64,000 bases of DNA from a virus (IMGVR_UViG_2630968963_000002:4204-68203), one strand, 5' to 3'. Shown: positions 48,380 through 58,103, numbered from the stretch's first letter. Notes: generated by a model not told the origin, from the letters alone. A program made the numbers and translations.

Positions 48380-49836
48380 TATTCTTCATCAACTACTTTA
48401 TTGTAATCAAAATTCATATTTGACATTGGATTATTATCTCTTTCATCTTGAAGAATTGCTTCCAGTTCCTTTTGGGTATCTTCATCTGATAAACTATCCA
48501 ACCTTTGAATAGCGCTAAACTGTGATAATGTGGATTTATTGCCTGTTCTTATTCCCATTATTTCTGCTTGCTCTTTTGGATCATCAGGTAAACCATCATT
48601 CCAAAATATATTAATTTTCTCTTTTTCAAGATTAACTATATTTTCTCCACCTAATTGTGACGCTAATTTAATAGACTTTTTTATTGCACTATCAAATCTC
48701 ATTCTAGTACGGTTTACCTTGGCTAATGGTGAAATCATCATTCTCCTTAGTGCTGTTCCAGAAGCTGCATTACCTGTCTTTTGTTCAGTATCAAATATGG
48801 CACTTCCCATTTCACTTATTACTGCTAATATATTGATTAATTTCTCTATCTGTTTAAAGTTAGCTTCTAATTGTGCATTCCAAGTCACATATTCAACTGG
48901 CGGGTCCTCTGTAGTACATCTAATAAAGTAATTTCCCATTTTTAATTTATATTCTCCAGTATGGTAATCTCTTTCTAATGCACTTTCTGGACCTTGAACA
49001 CTAGGTTCTGCATGTTTATCTAATATCTTAGATATTTGACTTATTCTAACTTCTATTTCTGAAATAATGCTATCTAAATCTGCATAATCATCTATTCCAT
49101 AAACTCTATCAGATGTTAATAGATTATGAACTGGAACTATTGCAAAATCATTCAATCCAGTTATTACTTGCTTAATTTCTTCATGAACTCCAGTAATCAT
49201 ATTTTCAGCATCATTTAATTTAAATGTTATATACTCATATAATCCTTTACTATGTATCTCTACATATAAATAATGGTCATATTCTTCTTTAGTAGTTCCC
49301 CAAAAACTTATATTTGGCTTAGGTACTTTGTAAGTATGAGCTAATATATGATGTTTTACTTTACGAATATTTTTAGAATCTACAACTTTAAAATAAAAAG
49401 AAGGCTGAGTGATATCTATAATCCCTTTGCCTTCTTCATCTTTATAAATATTAAATATACTATCTCCATACCTACTCATATCTATAGCTGCACTATAACA
49501 AGTATTAACTAAGTCGCTATTTTCTGAAATAGTATCTAGGGATATTTGATGTATTGAATTATCTTCACCGCATGCTATTTTAGGTGGTTCTCCCAATAAA
49601 AAATCAGCTATTTTTAATGATATTAACTTTTGAAAGTTAGCTATCACTGAATAACTGACTATATCTTCAAAGTTTCCTATTACCCTTGTAATCCTCTTGA
49701 AACTTTCCTTATAAACTTTTTCATGTTCTCCTTCAAATATCATTTTATTCTTATGATATTTATCTAATCTTTTTCTTTCTCCATATGGTGGCCAGACACT
49801 GCCAGGTTTTAAAAAGTCTAAATTTGTTAACATCAA
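48379..49836 (-). CDS. Portal protein (SPP1-type)
   Basis: After terminase; SGTALR, WNDGLPDD. Confidence 0.9.
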   Translation of the reverse strand: MMLTNLDFLKPGSVWPPYGERKRLDKYHKNKMIFEGEHEKVYKESFKRITRVIGNFEDIVSYSVIANFQKLISLKIADFLLGEPPKIACGEDNSIHQISLDTISENSDLVNTCYSAAIDMSRYGDSIFNIYKDEEGKGIIDITQPSFYFKVVDSKNIRKVKHHILAHTYKVPKPNISFWGTTKEEYDHYLYVEIHSKGLYEYITFKLNDAENMITGVHEEIKQVITGLNDFAIVPVHNLLTSDRVYGIDDYADLDSIISEIEVRISQISKILDKHAEPSVQGPESALERDYHTGEYKLKMGNYFIRCTTEDPPVEYVTWNAQLEANFKQIEKLINILAVISEMGSAIFDTEQKTGNAASGTALRRMMISPLAKVNRTRMRFDSAIKKSIKLASQLGGENIVNLEKEKINIFWNDGLPDDPKEQAEIMGIRTGNKSTLSQFSAIQRLDSLSDEDTQKELEAILQDERDNNPMSNMNFDYNKVVDEE

Positions 49837-49844
49837 CTCACCTC

Positions 49845-51107
49845 CTACATTCTAACTTTTGCTACTCCAGATGTTGTAGACTTCATATCTCTTTCTAAAC
49901 CATATCTAGTAGCATCTATTGTATGATTATCTTTATCTTCTAACTTTGGTCTTACATTCCCATCTTTATCAGTCTGATAATCTATATTTTCATACTCTTT
50001 TGCTACATTTGGAGTCCTTTTATTATCTATTACAATTGCTTCTAAATCATCTAACCAGTTTTCACCAAACTCTATACTTCCTGGTCCTTTTTTAGCTTTT
50101 AATGCCTGTATTCCATATTCTTTTAATTCTGCAATACTTCTAGGCTCTGCACTATCACAAGTAACTGGATAGTCATTATATTTCTTTGATTTAATCTTAG
50201 AAGCTAATTCTCTTATACTCATCTTCACTCCATATATTTCATCAATAAAATAAAGTATTCTTTTTTTACTATCATAATGCATTCTAACAAATGCCATTGG
50301 ATCTGTAGCATAACCAAAGTCATTACCTTGCCTTATGTTATCAAAAGAAGCTATTTCTTCATCTGTTATAGTTCTAAATACTAAATTGGAAAAAGGCACT
50401 ACTCCAGAACCAATAGGCTCTCCTAAGTACTCCCATCTATATTTAAATTCATTCTTATTTTTAACTTCCTCAGCTTCTTCCATGAAGGCCTTAGATATAT
50501 GAGGATTTTCTAAATAAGTGCTATGATGAACATAAGTATTATCTGAAATGAATTGTGTATTATATTTTTTATTAACCCAACTTTGCTTTCTCTTTGGTGG
50601 ATTGTAAGAATAAAATACTTTATAATTTAATCCTTCTTCTAATTCCGCCCTTAAAACTGAGTTAACTATCGTTGATACTTCATCTTCTGTTTTAAACTCC
50701 GCTAGTTCTTCTATCCATAAATAAGTAATAGGGTACTTACTCATTTTAATAGACTTAATCTTAGCTGGATCATCTGCTCCTCTAAATATAAAACTGTTTC
50801 CTCTAGGTATATAAGTTAGTTTTAAAGGACTCTTTCTTATTTTCCATAAATGATTAACTCCGAGTATATCTATAGCTTCTTTCAGTTGCTCAAATACCGA
50901 TTCTGCCAATGTTCCAGCTACTTTTCTAATACATAAACAAGTTACTGGATTTTTCATTAATGCTAGTACCAACCATATAGCAATATGAGTTGATTTAGCA
51001 GAAGCTCTACCACCTTTTAAAACATGATATAAATACTTATCTGAGTTAGTAGCTTTCCAAAATGAATAAAAATTCTTATTTATTATCTCAGATATTTTTT
51101 TATGCAT
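49845..51107 (-). CDS. terL: Terminase large subunit (PBSX family)
   Basis: KGGRASAKS, WIEE, SYNP, DFGYATDP, DNHTIDATRY. Confidence 0.95.
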   Translation of the reverse strand: MHKKISEIINKNFYSFWKATNSDKYLYHVLKGGRASAKSTHIAIWLVLALMKNPVTCLCIRKVAGTLAESVFEQLKEAIDILGVNHLWKIRKSPLKLTYIPRGNSFIFRGADDPAKIKSIKMSKYPITYLWIEELAEFKTEDEVSTIVNSVLRAELEEGLNYKVFYSYNPPKRKQSWVNKKYNTQFISDNTYVHHSTYLENPHISKAFMEEAEEVKNKNEFKYRWEYLGEPIGSGVVPFSNLVFRTITDEEIASFDNIRQGNDFGYATDPMAFVRMHYDSKKRILYFIDEIYGVKMSIRELASKIKSKKYNDYPVTCDSAEPRSIAELKEYGIQALKAKKGPGSIEFGENWLDDLEAIVIDNKRTPNVAKEYENIDYQTDKDGNVRPKLEDKDNHTIDATRYGLERDMKSTTSGVAKVRM

Positions 51108-51609
51108 CTTCGTCTAAGCTTCCTACATCATCAATTATCGTTATGGCTGAATTACTATTGACTTCTACTTTATCCGTAAACATACCTAGATGTTTTCCTA
51201 ACATATCTAAAGCTTTGAGCTTATCATAAAACTTAACTTCTCTTTCTTGTATGTCCCCATCATCTGTAGGAATAGATTTTATTTTTACTCCAGATATTAC
51301 TGCTAAATCATCATCACTAGCATTTTCTTTTACTGTAGCTTGATTAAAATTAATTACATCACTTGGATTTACAAAGGCTATCTTAGCTATCTCTCTTAGC
51401 ACTCTATCTTGATTTATGCCTGTCCTTCGACTTCTTTCAGCTATAGCTTTATCTATCTCATTTTTTATTTCAGGTTTTTTCAAGTTTTCATTTCCTATAG
51501 AATAAGCTGTATCTGGACTATATCCTGCCCTAATAGCCGCTTGAGTGGCATTAAGGTCTACCAAATATTCTTCTATAAATCTTTTTTGCTTATTCGTTAA
51601 TCTAGCCAT
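51100..51609 (-). CDS. terS: Terminase small subunit
   Basis: LTNKQKRFIEEYLVDLNATQAAIRAGYS; start MARL by GAGGTGG SD. Confidence 0.95.
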   Translation of the reverse strand: MARLTNKQKRFIEEYLVDLNATQAAIRAGYSPDTAYSIGNENLKKPEIKNEIDKAIAERSRRTGINQDRVLREIAKIAFVNPSDVINFNQATVKENASDDDLAVISGVKIKSIPTDDGDIQEREVKFYDKLKALDMLGKHLGMFTDKVEVNSNSAITIIDDVGSLDEDA

Positions 51610-51711
51610 TAATACCACCACCTCACTTATTCGTCGTTTTATAAATATGCAATAAAAAAGAACCCTACTAGAGAGTTCTCATTAAATAATATCATTCAGG
51701 TGCTTTTGAAA

Positions 51712-52752
51712 TTATGTAATTCTAATTACCATATCTTTATATAAATAAATATCTCTTCCTACCAATTCTTTAATCATATAATTTTTCTCTGCAAGGAGTA
51801 ATAAGCCATATAGAATATTATTTTCATCAAATAAAATCTTTTCTTTCTCTAAAATCTTTTCTTTATCATCTATTAACTGAGTTAAATATTGTCCAACTTC
51901 ATATTCGCTTCCCATTTCACTAATCATATGTTTAATAGGCGATAGCATAAATGCGGATAAATTAGTACTAATTTCAGATGTTATTATCTCTTTAATCATT
52001 GTTCTATTACTATCCATTTTGATTACATCTTGTTGCATATTCGATGCTATATCCTGAAGGTTTTCATACAAGAATATAAGTCCATATAGTTGGTGTTCCT
52101 TGCTATTTACACTAAATATTTTACTATCATTATATTTAATAGTATATTTAACTAAATCACCATAATCTCTATGATATATACCAAGATTTTTACTAGAACT
52201 TTTAGAATAAATAGTTTGGATTTCTAATCCTCCAGGTAATATAAAGGTACGATCCCCAAATATACTATTAAACTTAGAATTGAAATGATCTTTAGCTACA
52301 TCTATTTTTCTATTTTTACTTTCTATGTATTTATCATCATAAAGTTCCCAGTAACCTCCAACTTTAACCGCAAAATATAAGTCTGCGTTCATTACTTTTG
52401 CAAAGTCTTGTTTAGCTTTTAAAACTTTTTCAGATATACTACATCTCTGTTTTACTGTTGACTTTATTTCTACTATAATCCTTTTTCCATTTTTTAATTC
52501 AATGAATAAGTCTGATGTTTCTGAGTCTGTAAGTTTTGATATTCCTTCTTCAAACGCGTATATTGACTTGCAATTACCTAATAAATATATAATTAGAATA
52601 AATTCTTGTTCATTATCTTTTCCCCATATCCTTTTAGTTACGTCAATTTCCTTTAACTGTAACATTTCTACTACCTTTTTCCTATCTTCTTCATTTAAAA
52701 AACTCTTTATACTATGATATGCTTTAACCTTTTCCATTGGTGTCGAGTCCAT
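51712..52752 (-). CDS. Moron: putative PD-(D/E)xK nuclease
   Basis: E..F...SDLFIELKNGKRIIVEIKS; AGGGAGG SD, upstream TATATC/TATTCT region and downstream hairpin. Confidence 0.7.
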   Translation of the reverse strand: MDSTPMEKVKAYHSIKSFLNEEDRKKVVEMLQLKEIDVTKRIWGKDNEQEFILIIYLLGNCKSIYAFEEGISKLTDSETSDLFIELKNGKRIIVEIKSTVKQRCSISEKVLKAKQDFAKVMNADLYFAVKVGGYWELYDDKYIESKNRKIDVAKDHFNSKFNSIFGDRTFILPGGLEIQTIYSKSSSKNLGIYHRDYGDLVKYTIKYNDSKIFSVNSKEHQLYGLIFLYENLQDIASNMQQDVIKMDSNRTMIKEIITSEISTNLSAFMLSPIKHMISEMGSEYEVGQYLTQLIDDKEKILEKEKILFDENNILYGLLLLAEKNYMIKELVGRDIYLYKDMVIRIT

Positions 52753-52818
52753 ATAATAAACCTCCCTATAATAAGAATATAAGATATAATTCTACTTAAT
52801 TCTAGGATTTCCTTCTTT

Positions 52819-53205
52819 TTATAACATATCTCTCAACTTATTTCTATAAGTATTATTATTTGTTACTCTCATTAAGCTTTCTATCTCCCATTCTCTTGGT
52901 GTATTAGGAAGCTTCTTTCTAATACATAAATCAACTATGCTCTTTACCTTCTTAAAACTTCTCACATGAGTATGACCTATCCTAAATTCTTTGTTAGTGT
53001 TATGTACTATATATCCATCACTAACTTTATAGATGCTATATTCTTTACGTTGAAATATTCTCCTTGCTCCATATGTTTTATTATGATTAGGAACTTCTTT
53101 CATTAGATCATCATACTTATACAAATCTTCTGGTATCTCTGTAACCTCTGCTATTAAATTAGCATCAACCCACTTCAATTTCTTCACATTGTCACTTCCT
53201 TGCAT
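52819..53205 (-). CDS. Conserved hypothetical phage protein
   Basis: GYIVHNTNKEF..GHTH motif; start uncertain. Confidence 0.7.
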   Translation of the reverse strand: MQGSDNVKKLKWVDANLIAEVTEIPEDLYKYDDLMKEVPNHNKTYGARRIFQRKEYSIYKVSDGYIVHNTNKEFRIGHTHVRSFKKVKSIVDLCIRKKLPNTPREWEIESLMRVTNNNTYRNKLRDML

Positions 53206-53263
53206 TTTCCCAATAAAAAAGGATGCACATTAGTACATCCAGTGAAAGGGGTTTATTTTAAGA

Positions 53264-53318
53264 GAGAGTTTTCAGAATCGAACTGAAAAGTTTGGAGATT
53301 AACTGCTCCAGCACTCTC
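53264..53318 (-). ncRNA. tRNA-like minimal structure in late leader
   Basis: GAGAGT/ACTCTC closing stem, TGGAG/CTCCA arm, TTTCAG-TTCGATT-CTGAAA T-arm; not a full tRNA. Confidence 0.5.
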
Positions 53319-53448
53319 ATAGTAGATAGAAGCACATCTATACTTCTATCTTTCCGTTAAAAATCTATATAATTAATATTAGGAGGTGAAAAGAGTAGGT
53401 CCTGCCACTAACCTATCTCTTTACAATACTATAATACTACATAATAAA

Positions 53449-53495
53449 GGGACATCAGTCCGAACTTTGTCCTAAGTTTGTCCGAAAAGTGTCCC
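53449..53495 (-). promoter_or_regulatory. Late-promoter activator binding repeats, prophage 2
   Basis: GTCC phased every 11 bp at 53458, 53469, 53480, 53491 plus inverted GGAC, downstream of activator. Confidence 0.7.
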
Positions 53496-53507
53496 TCTAT
53501 TTTATAT

Positions 53508-53999
53508 TTACGCAAATTTCTTATATATTTCATCTCTTAACATAGTTGGATATATAGAATTTAAAGCACTTACAACTAGTGAATTTCTTAACTCATAATA
53601 TGTACTCTTACTAATATGCATCTTTCTTAATATTTCATTTCTGCTAATCCTAACTCTCCTGCTGCAATATAGAATTTCAAATAGTTCCTTTTGTTGTATT
53701 GTAAAATTATTTACAGCTATTTCTATTCTTCTCTTTTCTATTTCTAATTTTCTCTTTGTGTATTTTAAGTAATTTATTCTTTCTTCTTTCCTTATGATCT
53801 CTTGCTCTACACTTTTAGAAATATTATATGTTTTTCCTTTTTTTTCACTATCATAGCTGATACCTGAACAACCTACATATTCATTTTCTATTTGAGCTAT
53901 TTCTAAATCTATCATTTCTATATCATTTAATATTTTTTTATAATTAAATAATCTACCCTCTGTTTTTTTATAATAATTGTCAAAATCTTCTTTTGTCAC
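53508..53999 (-). CDS. Late transcription activator (ArpU/RinA-like)
   Basis: GISYD..ISKSVEQEI; C-terminal HTH MHISKSTYYELR. Confidence 0.82.
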   Translation of the reverse strand: MTKEDFDNYYKKTEGRLFNYKKILNDIEMIDLEIAQIENEYVGCSGISYDSEKKGKTYNISKSVEQEIIRKEERINYLKYTKRKLEIEKRRIEIAVNNFTIQQKELFEILYCSRRVRISRNEILRKMHISKSTYYELRNSLVVSALNSIYPTMLRDEIYKKFA

Positions 54000-54029
54000 G
54001 TATATTCCCCCTTGGTGATTATATGACTG

Positions 54030-54239
54030 CTATATATAGTATTCTTCTAAATCTACTTGTGGTGTAAATGTTTTACAACCGCATTCACATTTATACACCT
54101 TTCTATTTTTTATCTTATCTATTTCTACTGTAATATCTAATTCATTTTTAACAACTCCACACTCACTACATCTCAAGTCCATCGTATCTTTATCCTTTGC
54201 TACAAGATATATTACATTACCTTCTTTTATTTTTCTCAT
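54030..54239 (-). CDS. Small zinc-ribbon protein
   Basis: CSECG...CECG; AGGAGG SD. Confidence 0.7.
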   Translation of the reverse strand: MRKIKEGNVIYLVAKDKDTMDLRCSECGVVKNELDITVEIDKIKNRKVYKCECGCKTFTPQVDLEEYYI

Positions 54240-54670
54240 TCTCGTTTCTCCTCCTGCTTTTTATTACACTTCTTCCTTTTAATTAACGGATAGTTTAAAT
54301 GGTTATAAGGTTTATAAATCTCGGGATTTCTTTCTAACCTATATAATTCATTTTTTTAAGTCCACTATTCAGTGTTCTCCTACCACAACTCACTATAAAT
54401 AATGTATTATCTAAATTTCATATTCTGTCAACTCGCATACCAGTAATCTCTTTTATTTGATTGACTTTTTCTAGTTTTGTATTTTATTTTATAATGTCTA
54501 TTTCATATGTCATCTCAAAAATTCTATCAATTTTCATTTCCAACTTTTTTATTATATCCTTTCTTACCCATTTTTATCAATTCTTAAAAGTTATTGATTT
54601 ATTTTGTAATATTTTGTCTCTTTTATATCTTTACTCTTGATATTTACAAAGTATTTAACCTATTAAATAG

Positions 54671-55093
54671 TTAAAATGGTATCTCATCATCATCTATAGC
54701 TTGAAATCCTTCTGGGTCTAATCCTCTTGGTGGTTCATAACTTGGTGTAAATGTTTGATTATTTTCTTCTGATTTTTTTATGCTTTCTAATGCTTGTACA
54801 CTTTTAGCAGATACTTTTGTAATACTTCTTTTTTCATCATCTTTCATGTATTCTTCTTTTCTAATACTCCCTTGTATTGCTACTAATCTACCTTTACTTA
54901 TGTAATTATTAACAAAATCAGCAACTTTACCAATAACTTCTACTGGTATAAAATCTACTGGTATTTTACTTTCTTTATCCTTGTAATCTCTATTTACTGC
55001 TATTGTAAATTTTGAAGTGCTTGATCCACTTCCTGTAATAACTCCTGGTTCTGGGTCTTTTGTTAATCTTCCAACTAATACTACTTGATTCAT
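54671..55093 (-). CDS. ssb: Single-stranded DNA-binding protein
   Basis: VGRLTKDPE...DDDEIPF. Confidence 0.95.
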   Translation of the reverse strand: MNQVVLVGRLTKDPEPGVITGSGSSTSKFTIAVNRDYKDKESKIPVDFIPVEVIGKVADFVNNYISKGRLVAIQGSIRKEEYMKDDEKRSITKVSAKSVQALESIKKSEENNQTFTPSYEPPRGLDPEGFQAIDDDEIPF

Positions 55094-55119
55094 GCTTTTA
55101 CATCTCCTATGCTATATTT

Positions 55120-55548
55120 TTAAGCTGTTTTCTTAGCTTCTTTTCTCTTCTTCTTCAATTCCTCATACTCTATCCAGCCATATTCATCACCATATTTAAT
55201 GCTTTTTTGTACCCATTTGAGTGTTTCTGGATAAAGATAATCAAACATCTTTTTTCTCATAATACCTTGCTGTGTTTCCATGCCCTTCACATCTATATAC
55301 TCAACTTCACCATTGTTATGATAAATAGCAAAATCAACTGTATAAGTTATAGCTCTATGTGTCTTACCATATTTCTTAAAGCTTGGCTGTAATTCAAATT
55401 TTTGTTGTAATCCAAAGTCTTTTATTTTACCTTCTTCTTTTAGCTTTTTAAGGTGTAAATAATATTCAGCTTCATGTTTACTATCAAATTTGATTCCATC
55501 AACTTCAACTTTTTTATTTCCATATTTATTTGCCATTTTATGCTCCAA
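55120..55548 (-). CDS. DUF1064 family PD-(D/E)xK nuclease (probable junction resolvase)
   Basis: NKYGNKK.EVDGIKFDSK.EA..ELQP..Y.VDF..DVKG. Confidence 0.88.
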   Translation of the reverse strand: MEHKMANKYGNKKVEVDGIKFDSKHEAEYYLHLKKLKEEGKIKDFGLQQKFELQPSFKKYGKTHRAITYTVDFAIYHNNGEVEYIDVKGMETQQGIMRKKMFDYLYPETLKWVQKSIKYGDEYGWIEYEELKKKRKEAKKTA

Positions 55549-55797
55549 TCTCCAATCTATCTGATATATCTAAGTTTTTATAATATTCAAGTTGTCCTTT
55601 ATTTTTCATGTGTGTCATTACATCGCTGCTGCAAGTTCCAAGTAGTTGAATGGTGTTGAATCATTATAATTAATATATTTAGGTTTGTATTGTTCGACTG
55701 TGCTGTATTTATGTTTCATAATATTCAATCCCCCTCTTTGGTCCAGTAGAATTTCATCCCCTGGAATATTTATAATTAATCTACACATACTATTACT

Positions 55798-55879
55798 GTT
55801 TATAGACTTACCGATACATGTAATATTTACACCGACTCATAAATAACCTTATCAGAAACGATAGGGTTATTTATTTTTT
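55798..55879 (+). ncRNA. Candidate sRNA, cassette 1
   Basis: Between -10 CATACTA (55786-92) and terminator 55840-55879; start inferred. Confidence 0.6.
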
Positions 55880-55926
55880 AAAAATTCCCCTGGAATAATT
55901 TATTTCAAACTACACATACTATTAGT

Positions 55927-56000
55927 AACTTATCGATACATGTCACTTTTTAACCAACTCGTATTAACCTTATCGGAGACGATAGGGTTATTTATTTTTT
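55927..56000 (+). ncRNA. Candidate sRNA, cassette 2
   Basis: Between -10 (55915-21) and GAGA-loop terminator 55965-56000. Confidence 0.6.
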
Positions 56001-56047
56001 AAAAATTCCCCTGGAATAATTTATTTTAAACTCCACATACTATTAGT

Positions 56048-56124
56048 AATGACTCATACTTTCTTACCGTATTTGGATATATAGTATTTAACCTTATCAT
56101 CAATGATAAGGTTATTTGTTTTTT
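56048..56124 (+). ncRNA. Candidate sRNA, cassette 3
   Basis: Between -10 (56036-42) and terminator 56089-56124. Confidence 0.6.
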
Positions 56125-56159
56125 CTAGAAATTTCTGCTATCATAGTTGCACAGTATCC

Positions 56160-56576
56160 TTAATCAAATTTACCTTTCTGACTTTCTAATAAGATTTTTT
56201 CTAATTCATCTGGAGCGTATCCAGCAAATGAATTATTTACATTTGCTCCTGCACCTTTTTTATATGTTTTTTGTATATTATTGTTATTTTCGCTAACACT
56301 ATTAGTAAACCTATTTTGTAACTCAAACGCTTTGAGTTCTTCATAACTGGTTACATTCTTTTGTAACCAGTTATTTATTATGCCTTTAAGAAAATTGAAT
56401 TGTAACTTTCCTTTATCAGTACATATAACTAATGCTTCTTTAAAAAGTTCTACATCAATTTTTTCTGATATTTCTTTAATCCATTCTGCTAATCTTAAAT
56501 AGTTTTCATATGTAGGATCTTCTTGTGCTGCTGCATTCAAAATTTTATGTTTATTTATTCCAACGCTGTTATACAT
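56160..56576 (-). CDS. DnaD-domain replication protein
   Basis: ELFKEAL..FNFLKGIINNWLQKNVTSYEE. Confidence 0.8.
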   Translation of the reverse strand: MYNSVGINKHKILNAAAQEDPTYENYLRLAEWIKEISEKIDVELFKEALVICTDKGKLQFNFLKGIINNWLQKNVTSYEELKAFELQNRFTNSVSENNNNIQKTYKKGAGANVNNSFAGYAPDELEKILLESQKGKFD

Positions 56577-56647
56577 TTTGTTTCCCCCTTAGCTGTTGAA
56601 ATTACCCCACAAGACTTGTAGGGTAATCCCCTTATATTTTTAAAGCT

Positions 56648-57622
56648 TTAACTTGGTATTTCTAAATTATTTTCTCTTGCATAATCTATAACCATTTTCT
56701 TGACTGGTTCTCCACTAAGAGAATCTAAACCATGTTCAATAGCTCTTAAATAAGTGTCATAAATTGTAGTCCTTTTAAACTTACTATCTTGATTTTCTTT
56801 TACTATCCTTTCAAGTTCATCAGGACTATACTTATCTATCCTACTATTTATGTTATGAAATCTTGTCCTAACTTTAGGTATAAACGCACTTACATTATTT
56901 TTATGTGGTTTATAATCCTCTTTTATAGCCTTTATAAGGAAACCTACAACACTTTTACAACCTGTATTTTTAGTAAGTATTAATTTTTCTTCTAAATAAT
57001 CAATATCTTTATTAGTATCTTTAAAAGCATTATGTATTTTTAAAAGTTCTTCTTCTGATAAATTAAAATAAGATTTTATTTTATCAACAACCACCACGTC
57101 ACATTCTAATTTGTTGTTGTTATTATTATTATTGTTATTGTTATTATTATTGTTATTGTTATTCCCCATAGTCTTTCCATACTCTATTGATACAGTATCT
57201 ATAGGGTATTCATAGGGTATAGATAGGGTATCTATACTGTATTCATATTTATTACAACTATCTATGAATAACTTTAAGAATTCTTTGTTTTTAACTTGAT
57301 TTAACTCTTTTTCTATGCATTTCTTTACTTTAATACTGTCTATCCTATTATGTTTTATCCAATTCAGTATAATTATCTCTCTTGTTTCATCGCTATATTT
57401 TATTTTTCCGTATTCTTCAAATCGTTTTAAAAGTTTATCTACTGTTTCACGATTATAACCTGTTTCAGTTTCGATAATTCTTTTAGGCAACTCATATATG
57501 CCACACTGACAAGTTTTACTATTAGTCATTAGATAAATATAGAAATACTTTTCTTCTGGTGTAAGCTCCAATACAAATCCATCTTGCCAGAATTCAACGT
57601 GTATTTGTCTAAATTTTGCCAT
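56648..57622 (-). CDS. Replication initiator (replisome organiser)
   Basis: MAKFRQIHVEFWQD..TPEEKYFYIYLMTN..QCGIYE; poly-Asn linker. Confidence 0.88.
   Translation of the reverse strand: MAKFRQIHVEFWQDGFVLELTPEEKYFYIYLMTNSKTCQCGIYELPKRIIETETGYNRETVDKLLKRFEEYGKIKYSDETREIIILNWIKHNRIDSIKVKKCIEKELNQVKNKEFLKLFIDSCNKYEYSIDTLSIPYEYPIDTVSIEYGKTMGNNNNNNNNNNNNNNNNNKLECDVVVVDKIKSYFNLSEEELLKIHNAFKDTNKDIDYLEEKLILTKNTGCKSVVGFLIKAIKEDYKPHKNNVSAFIPKVRTRFHNINSRIDKYSPDELERIVKENQDSKFKRTTIYDTYLRAIEHGLDSLSGEPVKKMVIDYARENNLEIPS
57113..57240. repeat. Poly-Asn (AAT/AAC x17) tract plus 11-bp ATAGGGTAT iterons (probable origin)
   Basis: 17 Asn codons at 57113-57163; ATAGGGTAT at 57201, 57212, 57223 inside inverted ACAGTAT/ATACTGT. 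Confidence 0.8.
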
Positions 57623-58035
57623 TATCTATCCCTCACTTTTATGTATCTAATTAAATCTTCTACCGTTCTTAAGTTGTTTGATATAGTTTCCCTATAAGTT
57701 ATATATTGTTTACTTCTTATAGACTCATAAAGCTCCAAAAACTCTAATTTGCATTTTATATATTCATAATCTATTGAAATCCATGGATATTTTAAATTCC
57801 ATTCATTTATACTTTCTTCTAATTTCATTGATGAGCTTTTTAAGTTATTAAATTTTTTGTATGATACTACTAAATTATTAGGACTAGAAGAACCTCCCAT
57901 ACTTCTAGGGAATATGTGATCTATTTGTACATCATCTTTTGATAACTCTAATTCAGTGTAAAAACACCTATCTCCATCTCTCCACTTTACATAGTCATAA
58001 GTTGTTATTTTTCTTTTATTTGATAAATCATTCAT
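57622..58035 (-). CDS. HNH endonuclease
   Basis: RCFYT..IDHIFPRSMGG...NLV....N..K. Confidence 0.85.
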   Translation of the reverse strand: MNDLSNKRKITTYDYVKWRDGDRCFYTELELSKDDVQIDHIFPRSMGGSSSPNNLVVSYKKFNNLKSSSMKLEESINEWNLKYPWISIDYEYIKCKLEFLELYESIRSKQYITYRETISNNLRTVEDLIRYIKVRDR

Positions 58036-58103
58036 AATCTCAACTCCCTCTGTTGTATATATTTATTTCATAAGGAAGAGAATTAACTCTCCCTTACTTT
58101 TAA

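Larger units (their letters stand above)
55757..56124 (+). repeat. Three tandem ~120-130 bp cassettes: promoter, variable core, terminator
   Basis: TCCCCTGGAATA-17 bp-CATACTATTA at 55757, 55886, 56007; TAACCTTATC..GATA(G/A)GGTTA hairpin plus T tract closes each unit. Confidence 0.92.

Noticed and set aside
53264-53318. Functional tRNA gene
   Set aside because: Only ~55 nt, one arm missing, no canonical 7-nt anticodon loop or CCA; kept only as tRNA-like
55832-55842. CCGACTCATAA as a tRNA-CAU anticodon arm mimic
   Set aside because: It matches the 5' strand and loop but has no complementary 3' strand, and unit 2 reads CTCGTA
55940-56002. 20-codon peptide MSLFNQLVLTLSETIGLFIF in cassette 2
   Set aside because: No SD, runs through the terminator, and unit 1 has ATG TAA at the same position
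55757-56124. CRISPR mini-array interpretation
   Set aside because: Constant parts are ~75 bp made of a terminator and a promoter, the variable cores share motifs with each other, and no cas genes are in the window
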